Shown here one piece after another: positions 12,707-24,800 of a stretch of DNA of 64,000 nt; the stretch's first letter is position 1; every line of letters starts with the position of its first letter. The position numbers and the translations under genes are program-made. The notes beneath the pieces were generated by a model, which had not been told where the DNA came from, did not search any database, and was given only the letters and a program-made list of their open reading frames with translations. The DNA comes from Cenococcum geophilum (Eukaryota): positions 19,096,001 through 19,160,000 of the forward strand of contig CP158635.1 in NCBI GenBank assembly GCA_050273025.1. Reading direction: 5' to 3'.

Positions 12707-15700
12707 ATAGTTAATATATAGCCGTATTATACCGTCTACTTTCAGTATAAAGAGGATAGGCGCTTTAGTAGGCAACTTACTAGGCCTAATTTAGCCCTTT
12801 TTAAAAGCACTATCTAGGTACTTTTATAAGATCTATAACTCTTTTTATAAACGGTTATAGAGGGGCATTTATAGTAGCGTCTTACCTTCTTCTAAGTCGA
12901 TTATATAGTTGTACCTAGAGTTTTATAGTAGTATACTTACTAACTTATTAAAAAAGATATTAATTTCCTCCTTATATATATATAGTAGGCTAGGGGCTAT
13001 AGAGGTTAAAGCAACTATTATATAATAATAATTCATTGCTTAACGTCCAATTCGGATCTCTATTAGGCCCACGCGGACTACTCCTTATATATATATAGGG
13101 AGAAAACTCTATTTAAGAAAACCCCGTAATCTATCTCCCTGCCTTTTAGGACTCGCCTATAAGGCGCCTGCGAGTCACCTATAGTGTTCCTACTACTTTA
13201 CTTTTTAACCTCCTTAGGAACCACTGCTGCCGTAACAAGCCTATAGACGCGCTAGTATCGCAAACTTTACTCTACTACTATAGAGTTATTAGGGGGCGCC
13301 CGTTGCTCGCCCCCCTACCCTCTATTACTATTTCCCTTATAACCCAGAACTGGTTTAGTATATTTTAGCTAATAAGCCACTAGGTAACCGCCTTAAGGCC
13401 TTTTTATATTAAGAGTAGTATATTATAGTTCTCTGTGCTAGCTACTAAAAGTATTACTTTTTGGTTAGTATATAAGGGGCATAACAGTATTATATATTTT
13501 AGTGTCTATCTTAGCCAGCTATATTTATATCTTAGGCTACCTACTAAAACGCCTACCTGGTAGAGCCAGTCTTTTAGTCCTATTATTCCTATTCTTAGAA
13601 ATATCGCTATTATATTTTCTACCTTCGTTAGGCCTTCTCGGAGCCCTAAAGTGTTTACCCCCTATAGTATTAACCATGCTATAGCTTAGGTTCCTCTTAT
13701 CTTAGTTAGCCTCTATACCTTTAACTCCTATATACCTCTCTAGCGTTAGTCTAACTAGTATTATATTACGGTAGATAGTTTTCTAGCATTCCTTTATGCT
13801 CTACTTTAGCTCCCCCCCCTTTCTTACTATTATCTTTACTGGCCTCTTATATGTCTCCCTTCCTCCTCTATATAGGCCTAGGCCCTAAAGCAGCACTATT
13901 CTTCTTCTACTTTCTTTACCTGTTTCTCTAATATGTCTTCCCTACTTTAGGGTTATTAGTTTATTCTCCTATAGGGCGCCCTAAGGTCCCTCCATAGTTT
14001 GTTTAGGCGCGTCTTAATATACTTTATAATATTAGAGTTACGTTTATTTTAGGCCCTTTATATTACAGCGGCTTTAATATATAGTTATAGGGGGGGAATA
14101 TTAGCTTCCTTTTTAAGCAGTACTGTGGCCGTTTGCTTATATCCGCCTATTATACTCTAGAGGTAAGCTGTTTAGACCTTTTAGAGTAATTTAAGGAGCG
14201 ACTTAGGGGGGCCTTTTTTAGATTCTCTAATGGCCCAAATACTAGACCTATACGTTATAGTTGGCCGGACAACTACTATATATAGTAGGCGTAACCTCTA
14301 AAAGCATAGGCCCTATATAGAATTGACGATCCTAGATAATATAATATACTATACTTAGCCCTTATAGGCCGCTTGCGCCATATATACGCTCTACCGGAGC
14401 TTACTATCTACCTATACTCCTAATACCCTTAGGCCCTAAACTGGTTAACCCCTAAAGCCTTAAATACGGATTATATACTAGAGATCTATAAATTAGTTAC
14501 GTTTTCTTATAAAATAGATTAGCTGGTATTTCTCTAGTAAAAATTAGACTCTATATTATCTTGCCCATTCTATATAGGTATTATAAGCTTTCTCTAACAT
14601 TCTATAGTTCTCTACGGCTAATAGCCCATATATAATTAGGTTTATATTATTAATAAAGCCTATCCCCTAGGTCGCCTCTTCCTTAAAGGAGTTAAGTAGG
14701 TTGCTTATAAGGAAAAGGAAGAGTATAGGCAAGAGGGGTAATCCTTATAGTATTCCTATTATAACTATAATAGGGGGGCTCTAGTATCCGCTAAAGACTA
14801 GTAATATTTCTTTCTAACCTATAAATCCTTAAATAAATTATATAATCCATTCTAGGAAGCCTTTTGCCCTAAGGATATATAGGAGACGCTTATAAGGTAT
14901 ATTATCGTAGGCGCCACTAATATCTAGGCTAAGCATTAATACTATAAAGTCCCTTCGCATCGCCTATACAGATTTAATAGTAGTAGTAAGTAGCGTAAGT
15001 GCTAATAGTGTTAAGCGGTTCTTTCTTACCCCCATTTAGCTCTATAGTAGTAGGGCGTATTCCTTAGCCGTGTCTACTATATAGTCCGCTATTACCTTTT
15101 CTAAGATTTTACTAAGGGTGTTTTCTAAAGCAATAGGGCGGTAGCTTCCTAGGATTAAGTAATCTGCTTTACCTTCTTTTTATAGGACAACCGTTATTAT
15201 AGATCTTTTAAGTTGTAGATAGTAGCCTATAGCAAAGTATGCTTTGGCTATATCTATAAGCTAGGGTGCTATAAGTAGTCTACAGATCTTTAAGGCCTTA
15301 TTTAGAATCCCATCTAGGCCTAGTACTATATTATTTAAAAGGCGGCTAATAGTTCTAGCCATTTCCTCTATTATTATATCGCTGTTAACCTATAGGCTAG
15401 GTCACTAGTGCTTTACCCGTAATATCACTAAGGTCTACTAGAGCTGGTTAGGGGAAGAACCTTTTTATAAAGATCTTTACCTTCTTATTATTATTATTAA
15501 TAGCCTATAATTCCCCTACTCTTCGTAGGAGTAGTAGGTATAAGTCTTCTACTAGTCGCCCTACCTTTTTCTTTACCTATTTCGCTATAGCCCACAGGCC
15601 CTTATTATAGGGGAGGCTTGGGTTAAAAGTATACTCATTTATAAATCGTCTCCAGTTGTTCCTTGCTTCTTTTTTTAGGGTATTCTTTAACTAGTTTCTT

Positions 15701-16453
15701 ATATCTTTATATTATCTCTTATCTTTAGGGTTATAGCTACTTAAGTATTTCCTTCTTACTTATTATTAGCTAGCTATAAGAACCGCGCATTATACGGACC
15801 ATACGTATCGCGTATAGGGGCCCGGTTTTAAGATTAGGCAGTGCTCTTCCAGCCTATTTTTAATTGCTGCCTAAATCCTTTCTAGTCTTTAGTTAATTTC
15901 CTTAGGGGTAGCTAATAAGCCTTACTTATTTAGTATTGGGTGGATTTCTTCTAGGTCTTAGAGTTGTTATTTAACTATATTAAGGAAACTGTCTGCCTTA
16001 AATATCCTTATTACGTATCTTTTACTATTTAGTTACGCCTTAATGTCTAAATCTAGCTATATCTAGATAGGGATATAGTCTAAGGTAAGTGCCTATTCTT
16101 CTTTTGGGTTGTACCTTTTAAGTCTCTAGTATAGGCCTTCGTCCATAAATATAAGGTTAATTGTACTTCTAGCGGATCCTCATTACCATATAATTACTCT
16201 AGGGGGGGTAGCCAGCTTAAGCCCCCAGGTGTTTATAGCTTTTAATAGGCACTCTACCTATTATTTAGCAGCGACGTAGATACCCCCCCACTACGGGTAG
16301 TAGAGGTTTATATCTCCTAATAGAATAGACTCTATGCCTTTAGTTTTAAGTAAGCTTATTACTAATATAATATTCTCTGTTTATAGGATCCCTTTAACCC
16401 TAGGGTTATACACATTAATAATTTATACCGGTCCTCTATATATCTAGATTGTT

Positions 16454-16538
16454 GGCCGTCAAAAACGGATTCTGCACCTGTACGTGGTGACGGCTACGAA
16501 CCTAGGTCTTCGAAGTTCAGACCCAGAGCCAACGCAGA
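16454..16538 (+). ncRNA. HDV-like self-cleaving ribozyme fold, copy 2 (intact core)
   Basis: P1 GGCCGTC/GACGGCT with a G1-U wobble; P2 TCTGC/GCAGA; P3 ACC/GGT; L3 TGTACGT whose GT pairs with the AC after P1 (P1.1); P4 CTAGGTC/GACCCAG; J4/2 CCAAC with the putative catalytic C. Confidence 0.8.
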
Positions 16539-17470
16539 GACGTTATATAGCGCGTGCAAGTAGGACCTGGTGGTTGTGTGCGTTGTGGGGCGTAGTGAAA
16601 AGTTTTCACATAGGATGGTGAGATCTCGAAAACCACTACTAACGGTACCCCTTTATAATACAGCCACTAGTTCTCCTACTAAGCACCTATATAATCTAAC
16701 GTAGATAAACAGCTTTTAAAAGCATCCCTTAGCCCCTAATAGAAAGCATTAACGACCTTATATTAACGGATAAACGAGCGTATAAGCGAACGAACGAATA
16801 AGCAAATATACGGCCCCTCCTAACCCCTAGGGCAGTCGCCCGCAGAGCATGCGGTCACTCGCCGTTTTTAACTACTAAATACTACCTAGCAGCTTGGATT
16901 GCGACCCACGGTTTTCCCTATCTCCTTTTAACGGAGTAGTAACCCTTAGAGAGGGCTTAGCTGGGGCCTAGGCACAAAAGATACCCAAATAACACAATAT
17001 CCCGCTCGCTTATCAGTATTACAGTGGTTAGAACGGATGAATCCCCCTTACGCCTTTAATGGCTCTAGGGGGGGGGAGGCAAGGCGTATATAACAGTGGT
17101 CTATATAAGAGATAGCGTATAGGGGATGGGCAAGATATAGGATATAAAGAGACAATAAGACACAGCAATTAATTAGCAAGGCCTAGCTGGGATGTAGTAA
17201 ACCCTAGCTTTAATAAGCTAGAGAAGGAAGCAGTGGTTCCTAAGGAGTTTAAAACATCTAAGGAGGAGGACGTGCAGTAGGCCCGTAGGGCCGCTGCTAT
17301 ATGCAAACATAGTAAATTGGGGTTTTTTATCCTACTGAGGCTGCTTATAGGGTTTTTCCTCCCCTAACTGCAGGGTTTTCTTCATGTAAATTATAAGTTT
17401 TCCCCCCTGTGACGGAGTAGTCTGCGTAGGCTAAGATAGGATCCGTATCAGACGTTAATTAAAGAACTAC
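16454..17470 (+). mobile_element. Non-autonomous non-LTR retroelement (SINE-like), copy 2, inserted antisense into the LINE endonuclease region
   Basis: 15-bp TSD TATATCTAGATTGTT (16439-16453, 17471-17485); same 5' start GGCCGTC as copy 1; CTAC tail. Confidence 0.9.
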
Positions 17471-20400
17471 TATATCTAGATTGTTATAACTACAATATCT
17501 AGATTAACTGCCTACTTTAACTATAAGGATAGGCTAATAGTTTTACTAATTATAAAGCATACGCGTATGGCTGCTTTTAGTTTATATAGGAGCTAGAATC
17601 CTTGGGGGTAGTATATTAATTATATATAGGTATTGTAGTACAGCTCTTATATAGTAAGGATATAGTATTTCTCTAGGTCTAGACTATCTAGTAAGGGCCT
17701 TACAAGACGGTAGTTTGTGTTGCTACAGTTATACTATATAATAGATAGGTAGCGGACCCCTGGTAAGGGTCCTTCGCCTCTTTATTATTCCTTACTTCTT
17801 CTATTTCTACTTTCTCTAAAATATTTAAAACTTCTATCTTTTATGTCTGCACCCTAGTTACTACTCATTTTATATAGAGCTTTCCATTCCCGTATCTTGT
17901 ATTCCTACTAACGCTTCTATATCTAAATCTATTATTATCTCCAGTTCTTCCCCTATTCTTACTAGTTGGCTATATACCCTTTAGGAGTTAGCTATAAATG
18001 TTATATTTACTACATTAAGTCTAATTCTTAATTGTCCCGGTCTTAAGCTTACTATAGCTATCTATAAGGGTCTTCCTATAGGGCGTCCTCTCCCTTATAT
18101 CCCCTATAACCCTTATATCCCTATATAGTCTAGTAATATCACGCGGCATCGCTTCTAGCCCGTTAAGGCTTAGGATAGCTAGCCTAGCCCCCTAGTATTA
18201 AAGGTAGGAAACGCTAGAAAGGTACCTACGCCCCCCTAGCTTATCGCCTATTGTTTCCATTTATATAACCTAGCGTGCAGTTATTCCCGCAGCTATTAAG
18301 CCCTTACCTTCCATCTCCTATATTTAATGCAGTCTTCTCTCTCCCACGCCTTATATATGCTTTAGTAGCAGTTTACGCATTTTATTTAGTCTTAATTTAA
18401 GCAGTGTCTTATATTATAGGGGCCTACACAATAGCCGTAGCATACCTATACTACGCATATAAATTAGGTATGCCCCTATTATACGCAGCGATAGCATTAT
18501 TTTAGGCGGAGTCTGTAGTTATAAAGCCTTGCGTCGTATATAAGGCCATTTATAATAATACCTTTTTAAATAAGGAGTTTTTATATTCCTAGTATATATA
18601 TGCTAACAATAAGGGAGCCATACGTTCGACTAGCGTTTCCCTAGCGAGTCTTTAGCGACCCTTATATTCTTTTATTATTCTTATTATATACTTAATTTAT
18701 ATTTTCCTATTAAAGCTATTAGATTTGGGTAATCTTAAGTCCTAGTATAAGGCGTTCCGTTTATTTTACTATCTTATATATAGTTGCTATATTGTCCGCC
18801 TAGCGTCCCTTTTCTACCCTAAGGCTTAAGGGAACCACTAGGACTTTAACTAGGTAATCTTTATAGAGCACTTTTATGCCAATACGTTCTCCTAGCCTGT
18901 CCTCTACCCTAACGGCTCGTTCCTTTACCTATTAGTCCCTTAGGGTAACTCTAATATCTCTGCTCCTAAGGTATTAGACTATAACAGCGTTGTAAACCTC
19001 TTTATAAATCTCCGTAAGGACTTCTATTTCTAATTATCCCCTAAGCCCCTCTACTTTTTCTATATTTAGTTATATTATAATTATATACCTAAATATTATC
19101 TTTAGGGGGGTAGGTTCCCTATACTATAAATACACAGCTACGGCGGCCTAGGTGCGGTTCGCCAGTAAGAAAGGGTTTTATTTATTTTTAATTTTACTTA
19201 GCCGTTAGAGGATTTAATTAAGGGTTTACTAAAGGGGCGCCTAAGGTTCGCTGGGCTAGCGGAGCCATTCTACTAGCTGCATTAGTTCGTTATAGCTAAC
19301 GGTTACTCCCCCGCAACTACGGATACTAGACGCGTTTAATAGGCTTTATATTTTATTAGATACCTTCTTAATAGAGGTCTTTCCGCTTTATGGTATAGTA
19401 TTCGCCCGTTCTTATTATAGAGGGCCATTACTAGGCGTGGATCTAGTGGACGCGCGCGAGTGCGAACCACCGTCATTTAACGTGTGCCTCCCCTGCGATG
19501 CATGCATCTCAGGGGGATTCTCTAGGTGTTTTTTAGGGTTCTTTTGGTTAGTTTTAGTCTTTTTAGGCCAGGTGCAGCAAGAGCTCCAATTTTTAGCAAC
19601 TATTATATAGTAGTATGCTTCCGGGAGCTAGTAAAGAAAAGGGTGCAGCTAACATATATTTTATAGGTATACTCACACTAAGAGTATATATAGCTCTGCT
19701 ATAGTATACTTAATAGTTTTAGGGTTTTGATTACCTCCCCCTTATATATAGGTAATCTACGCTAGCACTAAAGGGTCTCTATAGGTACTTACTACCAGTG
19801 ACAGCAGGTCCTCTACTATATTTATAACCAGTATCTCTATATCCAGAGGGTCTGCATAAGTACTCGCTGCTAGTAATAATAGGTCCTCTATTATATTTAT
19901 AATCGGCATAAAAAAAAAGTCTTCTAGCTATAGCAAATAGACTATTTCACTAGCTTTAATATCTACTAGGAAAGCGTTAAGGGTAACTATCTAGAGGTAT
20001 CTAGGGTTTAAAGTACTCTAGATAAACTATCCAGAACGGAAGCTAATTAATAGATCTACTTCTATAAGCTAATCCTATCTAAAAACTATATTATAACTAT
20101 TAAATAAGCCGCCTTAAAAGGCCTGCGGGCTAATAGTATAAAGGGTACCCTAAAAGTCACTAGTGGTAACTATTAAATTATAAGCGTCCCAGATTATTAT
20201 TTAGTTGCTATTATAAAAACGTATAATAGGTTTATATAAATATAGCGCGTAGCGTATAGGTAGGTTAAACTTATAGACAACGTCTTAATTAATAAGGTTA
20301 ATTTGGTATCTATTATTATATAAAGTATATAGGCAAACTTTACCTTAGGGCGTATCTATTATAATATATACTATAATGCGTTTCTTCTCTTCCTTTATAT

Positions 20401-20833
20401 TAGGCCCTGGTTATAGTTAAGAGAAATACGCTACTAGGGCTTTAGGTTTTCCAAAGACTAAGCCGACTTCTCTTTATTAACCTACTTTTAGTATTCCTTA
20501 CGGTGGCCGCCTACGGTCTTTTAACTCGCCTACGTAGTACTAGCGTCTGGGGGGTCCCCTAAGCCTAACTCTATAAAGCCTATACTACGACCGCGCTTTA
20601 TATATAATAATTTACCGCTACTACTTACGCGATCTTCCGCGAGCTTTATAGTATTAAGCAATTACTCTATACAGCAGATTTTATTAAAAAGGTCTTCAGC
20701 AGTTCTTACCTATTAGGTAAAGTTCTAGCGGAAGAGCTCTACTTATAGGTAGGCTAAAAGATATAAAAACCAAAAGTCTACCTATTATTTAGGATTAATA
20801 AAAGGGGTATATAAAAAGAGGTCCTCTAAGCTA

Positions 20834-20954
20834 TCCCATGCGCCGTCAAGGCGCTACCACAATTTATAGTCCGTGCGCAAACACCAGAACATCAAAATTT
20901 TAGACGATTTGGTTGGTTCGCTTACTATAGCGCCTATATTGACAGCGCATGGGA
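20834..20954. mobile_element. MITE (121 bp, Tc1/mariner-type TA target)
   Basis: 16-bp TIRs TCCCATGCGCCGTCAA / TTGACAGCGCATGGGA (1 mismatch), flanked by TA on both sides; inner inverted AGGCGCTA/TAGCGCCT. Confidence 0.85.
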
Positions 20955-21863
20955 TATATACGGGCTAGGAAGACATTAAACCTCTAGTTCTCCTTTATAA
21001 TAGCCATATAGTACATTATAGCGTTATTAAAGCGTCTCATTATAGGGTTCCTAATCTAGTCTTAGACTATAGTCTTAAACTTATCCCATAGTAAAGGTCC
21101 CTTATCCTTAGTACTTAACTGGCAATAAACTAGTTAGGCGATTATCTTCTCTTTTATAAGACCTTCAATGGCCCAGCGCGTACGTCGCTTACAGTTATAG
21201 TCAGCGTTATTAACCTTAAATTGGTTCTTAACTGCGGCAATCTACCAGTTAAAATACTATTAAGTAGTACCGCTAATATTAGGTAGTAACTTCTTAACTA
21301 GGGCGTTAAGATTTATTTGGCGTATATATTCGCTATATAACTTATACTCTTTACTAAAGAGGCAATAAGAGGGCTTTATTAAATTAATAATGCTCCGTAA
21401 GTTAGCTATTTTCTTAGCTAGCTTATCTAGCTCCTTTATATCAGCGGTATTAGGTAAAACATTAGTAACCTTACTAAGCTCCTATTAAGCCTAGGTATAT
21501 AAGTTAAACTAATCTTTAGCATTTATAGATATCTAATCATTTTAAGGTTTAGAAGGTGGCTTAGATACTACTAGTATACTTTTAGTAGTTTTATCTACAC
21601 TAGATCCTAAGGCGTTCTGCGGTTATATTACTAGCGTATTACTATTAGGTATAGGCGTTAGTTTTCTTTTTAAAGGTATTATAAAAAAATTAAACTGGCT
21701 ATCCTCCTAAGGGGGTTAGTAAGAATTTAAATATAAGGTAAAAATATAAATAGGGAGTCTAATAATAGAACAATAGGGTATATTATATAAACAGAGACAA
21801 ATCCTTAAAAAAAAGGAGTCTATATACGAGGTAGAAAGGGATTTCCTTAAATATATATAGAGC

Positions 21864-24800
21864 ACGTACCTTACGGGCGAGTTACCCCTAGGTTACTCTA
21901 GGGTCGCCTATACCTTACGGCTATATAACTATTTACTTAGGTTTCACCTAATAAGTAGCGAGGATAATAGCGGCGGTAAGCGCTAAGTTATAACTAGAAG
22001 TTCTAGATTTAGTAGCTAATACTAGCTATTAAGAACGCTAAGTTATTATAAATACCCTTAATTAGCTAATCCTACAAACTAATAAAATAATATTCTTTCC
22101 TCCCTTTTAATTAAGTATAGAGTTTAAAGCTTTAAGAGCTTTACTACCTAAGATCTACTCCATCCACCAATTAAATCACTTAAATTTACTTTAAAGCAAG
22201 CCTTAGTCTATCCTAAAGCTCTATATTAGCTCCAGTCTAAAAAGATTACTAATAAGCGGTAAGAAGGGAGATGTATTAAGAAGTTATAATCTATACGTTA
22301 AATAAGGTAGGTAAATAGCCAATAATATCCTATAAAGGTGGCAGTAGTTAAATAAACCTCATATTAATATAAAAGCCGTAGCTATTAATAATAAGGAGCC
22401 TCCAATATCTTCCTTAGCGCGCCTTTACCTTTACTTTATAATTAAATAGTATAGTAAGCCACGTAAAGCCCAAATCGTTATTCGTCTAGCCTATTAGCGA
22501 TAAAAAGAAGCAGCTCTATTTATTAGGGTCAAAATCCTATAATTATGTCACGGAACCCCACCGCAGGGGCCTCCATAGGAGAGCCCCGTGCTCTCGCGTA
22601 CACCTCGCGTACAGCTTATGTCAGCTACGCGTAGGTATATCACCTCCTTACGCCCTTAACCCTTACGATCGATCGCGCAACGTCTTATAGACTCCTCGAA
22701 TATATACGTCTTATAGCCACTGCCCCGTCCCGTAACATTACGTTACGCCTTTTTACTACCGACACCCAGCCTATAACCAATTCTACGTCTCTATAATACT
22801 ATAGGCGCTACTAAAAGCAGCGTGCCTATAAGTTACCTTACTTTATACTTCTAAGGAACCTATAATAGTAAGATAATATTTCTTACTAGCTACTATATTA
22901 AACCTAAAGAATAATCCAATACCTATACTTAACCTACAACGCCAATTAATCCTAGGAGAATTTAATTTATCAGCCCTAGCCTTAACCCCTAAGGAGATAG
23001 ATACCAATAATGTCTTATCTTTTATTAACTATATAACTATAGATAAGCAAGCGAAAGGGCTACTACCTATTAAAATTGAAATATAAGACGCCAAGACGTT
23101 TGCAAAAATAGTAGCATAAGAACCCGATAAATACTACCACCTTCTATAAAACTACTACCTAAAGCTTATATAAGCTAAGATGCGTATTACCTAAGATCGC
23201 GATATTATCTAAGACCTATAAGCTCGCGAGGCGCTCGCCGATAACACGTGTTAAGAAACCGAAGACAACCTCTACGTGTCTAAACGCGATGTCTAACAGT
23301 TAAAGAAGGCTAAAATCGCACTTATTGCTATAGTTACTAAAAGAGAAGGCATAATTAAATACCTATAATCTTAGCTTAATAAGTATATTCGTAATAACGC
23401 TAGATACCTCTTTACTGTATATAACGCCACTTAAGTCTCTACGCCCTTAGCAACTTTACCTACTTAACGCTTAACAAAGGGTTAGCGCTAAGCAGCCTTA
23501 CCTAACGGGAACCCCTACTAAAGCAATAACGAAAGCTATAACAACTAAACCTAAGCTGCCACTATAGGGTTTAATACACGTTACCTTAATCCTCTAGTTT
23601 TTTAAGGAGATCGCAAAGAATATAGCTACTAGAAGATATAAATCCATAAGAAACTAACTTAGAGCGCCTGCCTTTTTCCTACGGAAGATATTAAGATTAG
23701 CTATATTATTAGGCGAATAAAGGGTATACTATTTAATAGACTCTTCGCCTAATAGGAGACTAATGGCCCCTAAAAGTGGCAGTCCCACTAAGAAGTCCTT
23801 AATAATCTCAACCTAATATACTATAATTACAACCTACTAGCTACTAACCGAGCTAAACTACGTGCCTTAAAGATAAGCCCTACCAAATTATTTAATAAGT
23901 TCTATATTAAATTCCAGAAATATACCAGAGCCCTCACCTAAGACGATACTAAAGACTAAGAAGATCTCCTTAAAAAAGTCACTTATTGCCTTAGTTACGC
24001 AGCCGCTAGCTATAACTATAATGATGTTTATAATATAGTAGCAGCTATATAGAAGATTAAACGACGACTAAATTAGATCGCTACTATAAACCCCTATCCG
24101 AAGACCTCCTTATAGAAGCCCTCCGGACCTACTAAACTACTAACACCTACTACCCCAAGTAACACTACTGGTCCTAATATTAACCTTTCTATACTAACCT
24201 TCCCGTAAAAGCTACTAAATAGAGAATATAAGCTACTTTAGAAGCTAAAGCGTTGCTATAGATATTATTAAGAAGGCTGTTATAGCTATAGCCCAAACTA
24301 CCTAATAGCTAGGTTTAGTAGCCGCCGCCTAATACCTAACCTAGTACCTTAAATACTAAATACGTCGCTATATGCCACTACTGTATAAGATAAAGACGTA
24401 GTAATAGCGGTAGAGTTAGATACGGAAACGGAAAACGCTAAGTCCTAGCCCTAAGTCGTAGATTAGGACGCCCTAATAATAAGGGGATCTATATATCGGC
24501 CTACTTAATAGATAACTTAATAAAGATAAATAGACGGAAATAAATAGTTTTACCTATAATAGGAACTACTGCTAAAAAATAATATAAAAGCCGTTCTATA
24601 ATTAATTATAGAGCTACTAATAAATTTATAGATACCTAATTTATATGCACTTATAACCTACCTACCTTACCCCTTACTAAAGCCTACGCCCTATAACTCG
24701 CCGACGGTAGTTATACCGCACAGAAGATTACCTATATAGTATAACTCTACCTAAATATAAATAGGCACCAGGAAAAACTCTAGGCCTATATTACACTACT

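Larger units (their letters stand above)
13025..19594 (-). mobile_element. Tad1-like LINE with ORF1 (CCHC knuckles) and ORF2 (endonuclease, RT, C-terminal Cys motif); RIP-inactivated
   Basis: 15-bp TSD AGCAACTATTATATA (13010-13024, 19595-19609); (ATT)n-type tail at the left end. Degenerate RT motifs (SYRPIALENTL, GIPQGSPLSPILFLF-like) and endonuclease motifs on the minus strand. Confidence 0.9.
3028..21700 (-). mobile_element. Ty3/Gypsy retrotransposon family B, fragmented host (pieces about 3028-5307, 6329-6617, 12707-13024, 19595-21700)
   Basis: Minus-strand degenerate integrase (CDTCQRFK/LDFIMDF-like, ~3500-3750), RNase H and RT (IRPSKSP-GAPILF, LRLCIDYR), protease (IDTGS-like, ~20300) and gag. 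The pieces rejoin across TSD-bounded insertions. The right boundary is approximate. Confidence 0.8.

Noticed and set aside
11753..13684. Short ORFs at 11753, 12095 and 13502 (also 25517 and 53330)
   Set aside because: They are chance or residual frames within RIPed transposon sequence, not independent genes.
16612..16640. Possible hammerhead ribozyme core (ATGGTGAGATCTCGAAA)
   Set aside because: It lacks the CUGANGA consensus and convincing stems I and III.
16815..16835. Telomerase-RNA-like template (CTAACCCCTAG) within the SINE
   Set aside because: It is not a correct TTAGGG template repeat, and the element is a multicopy TSD-flanked insertion.
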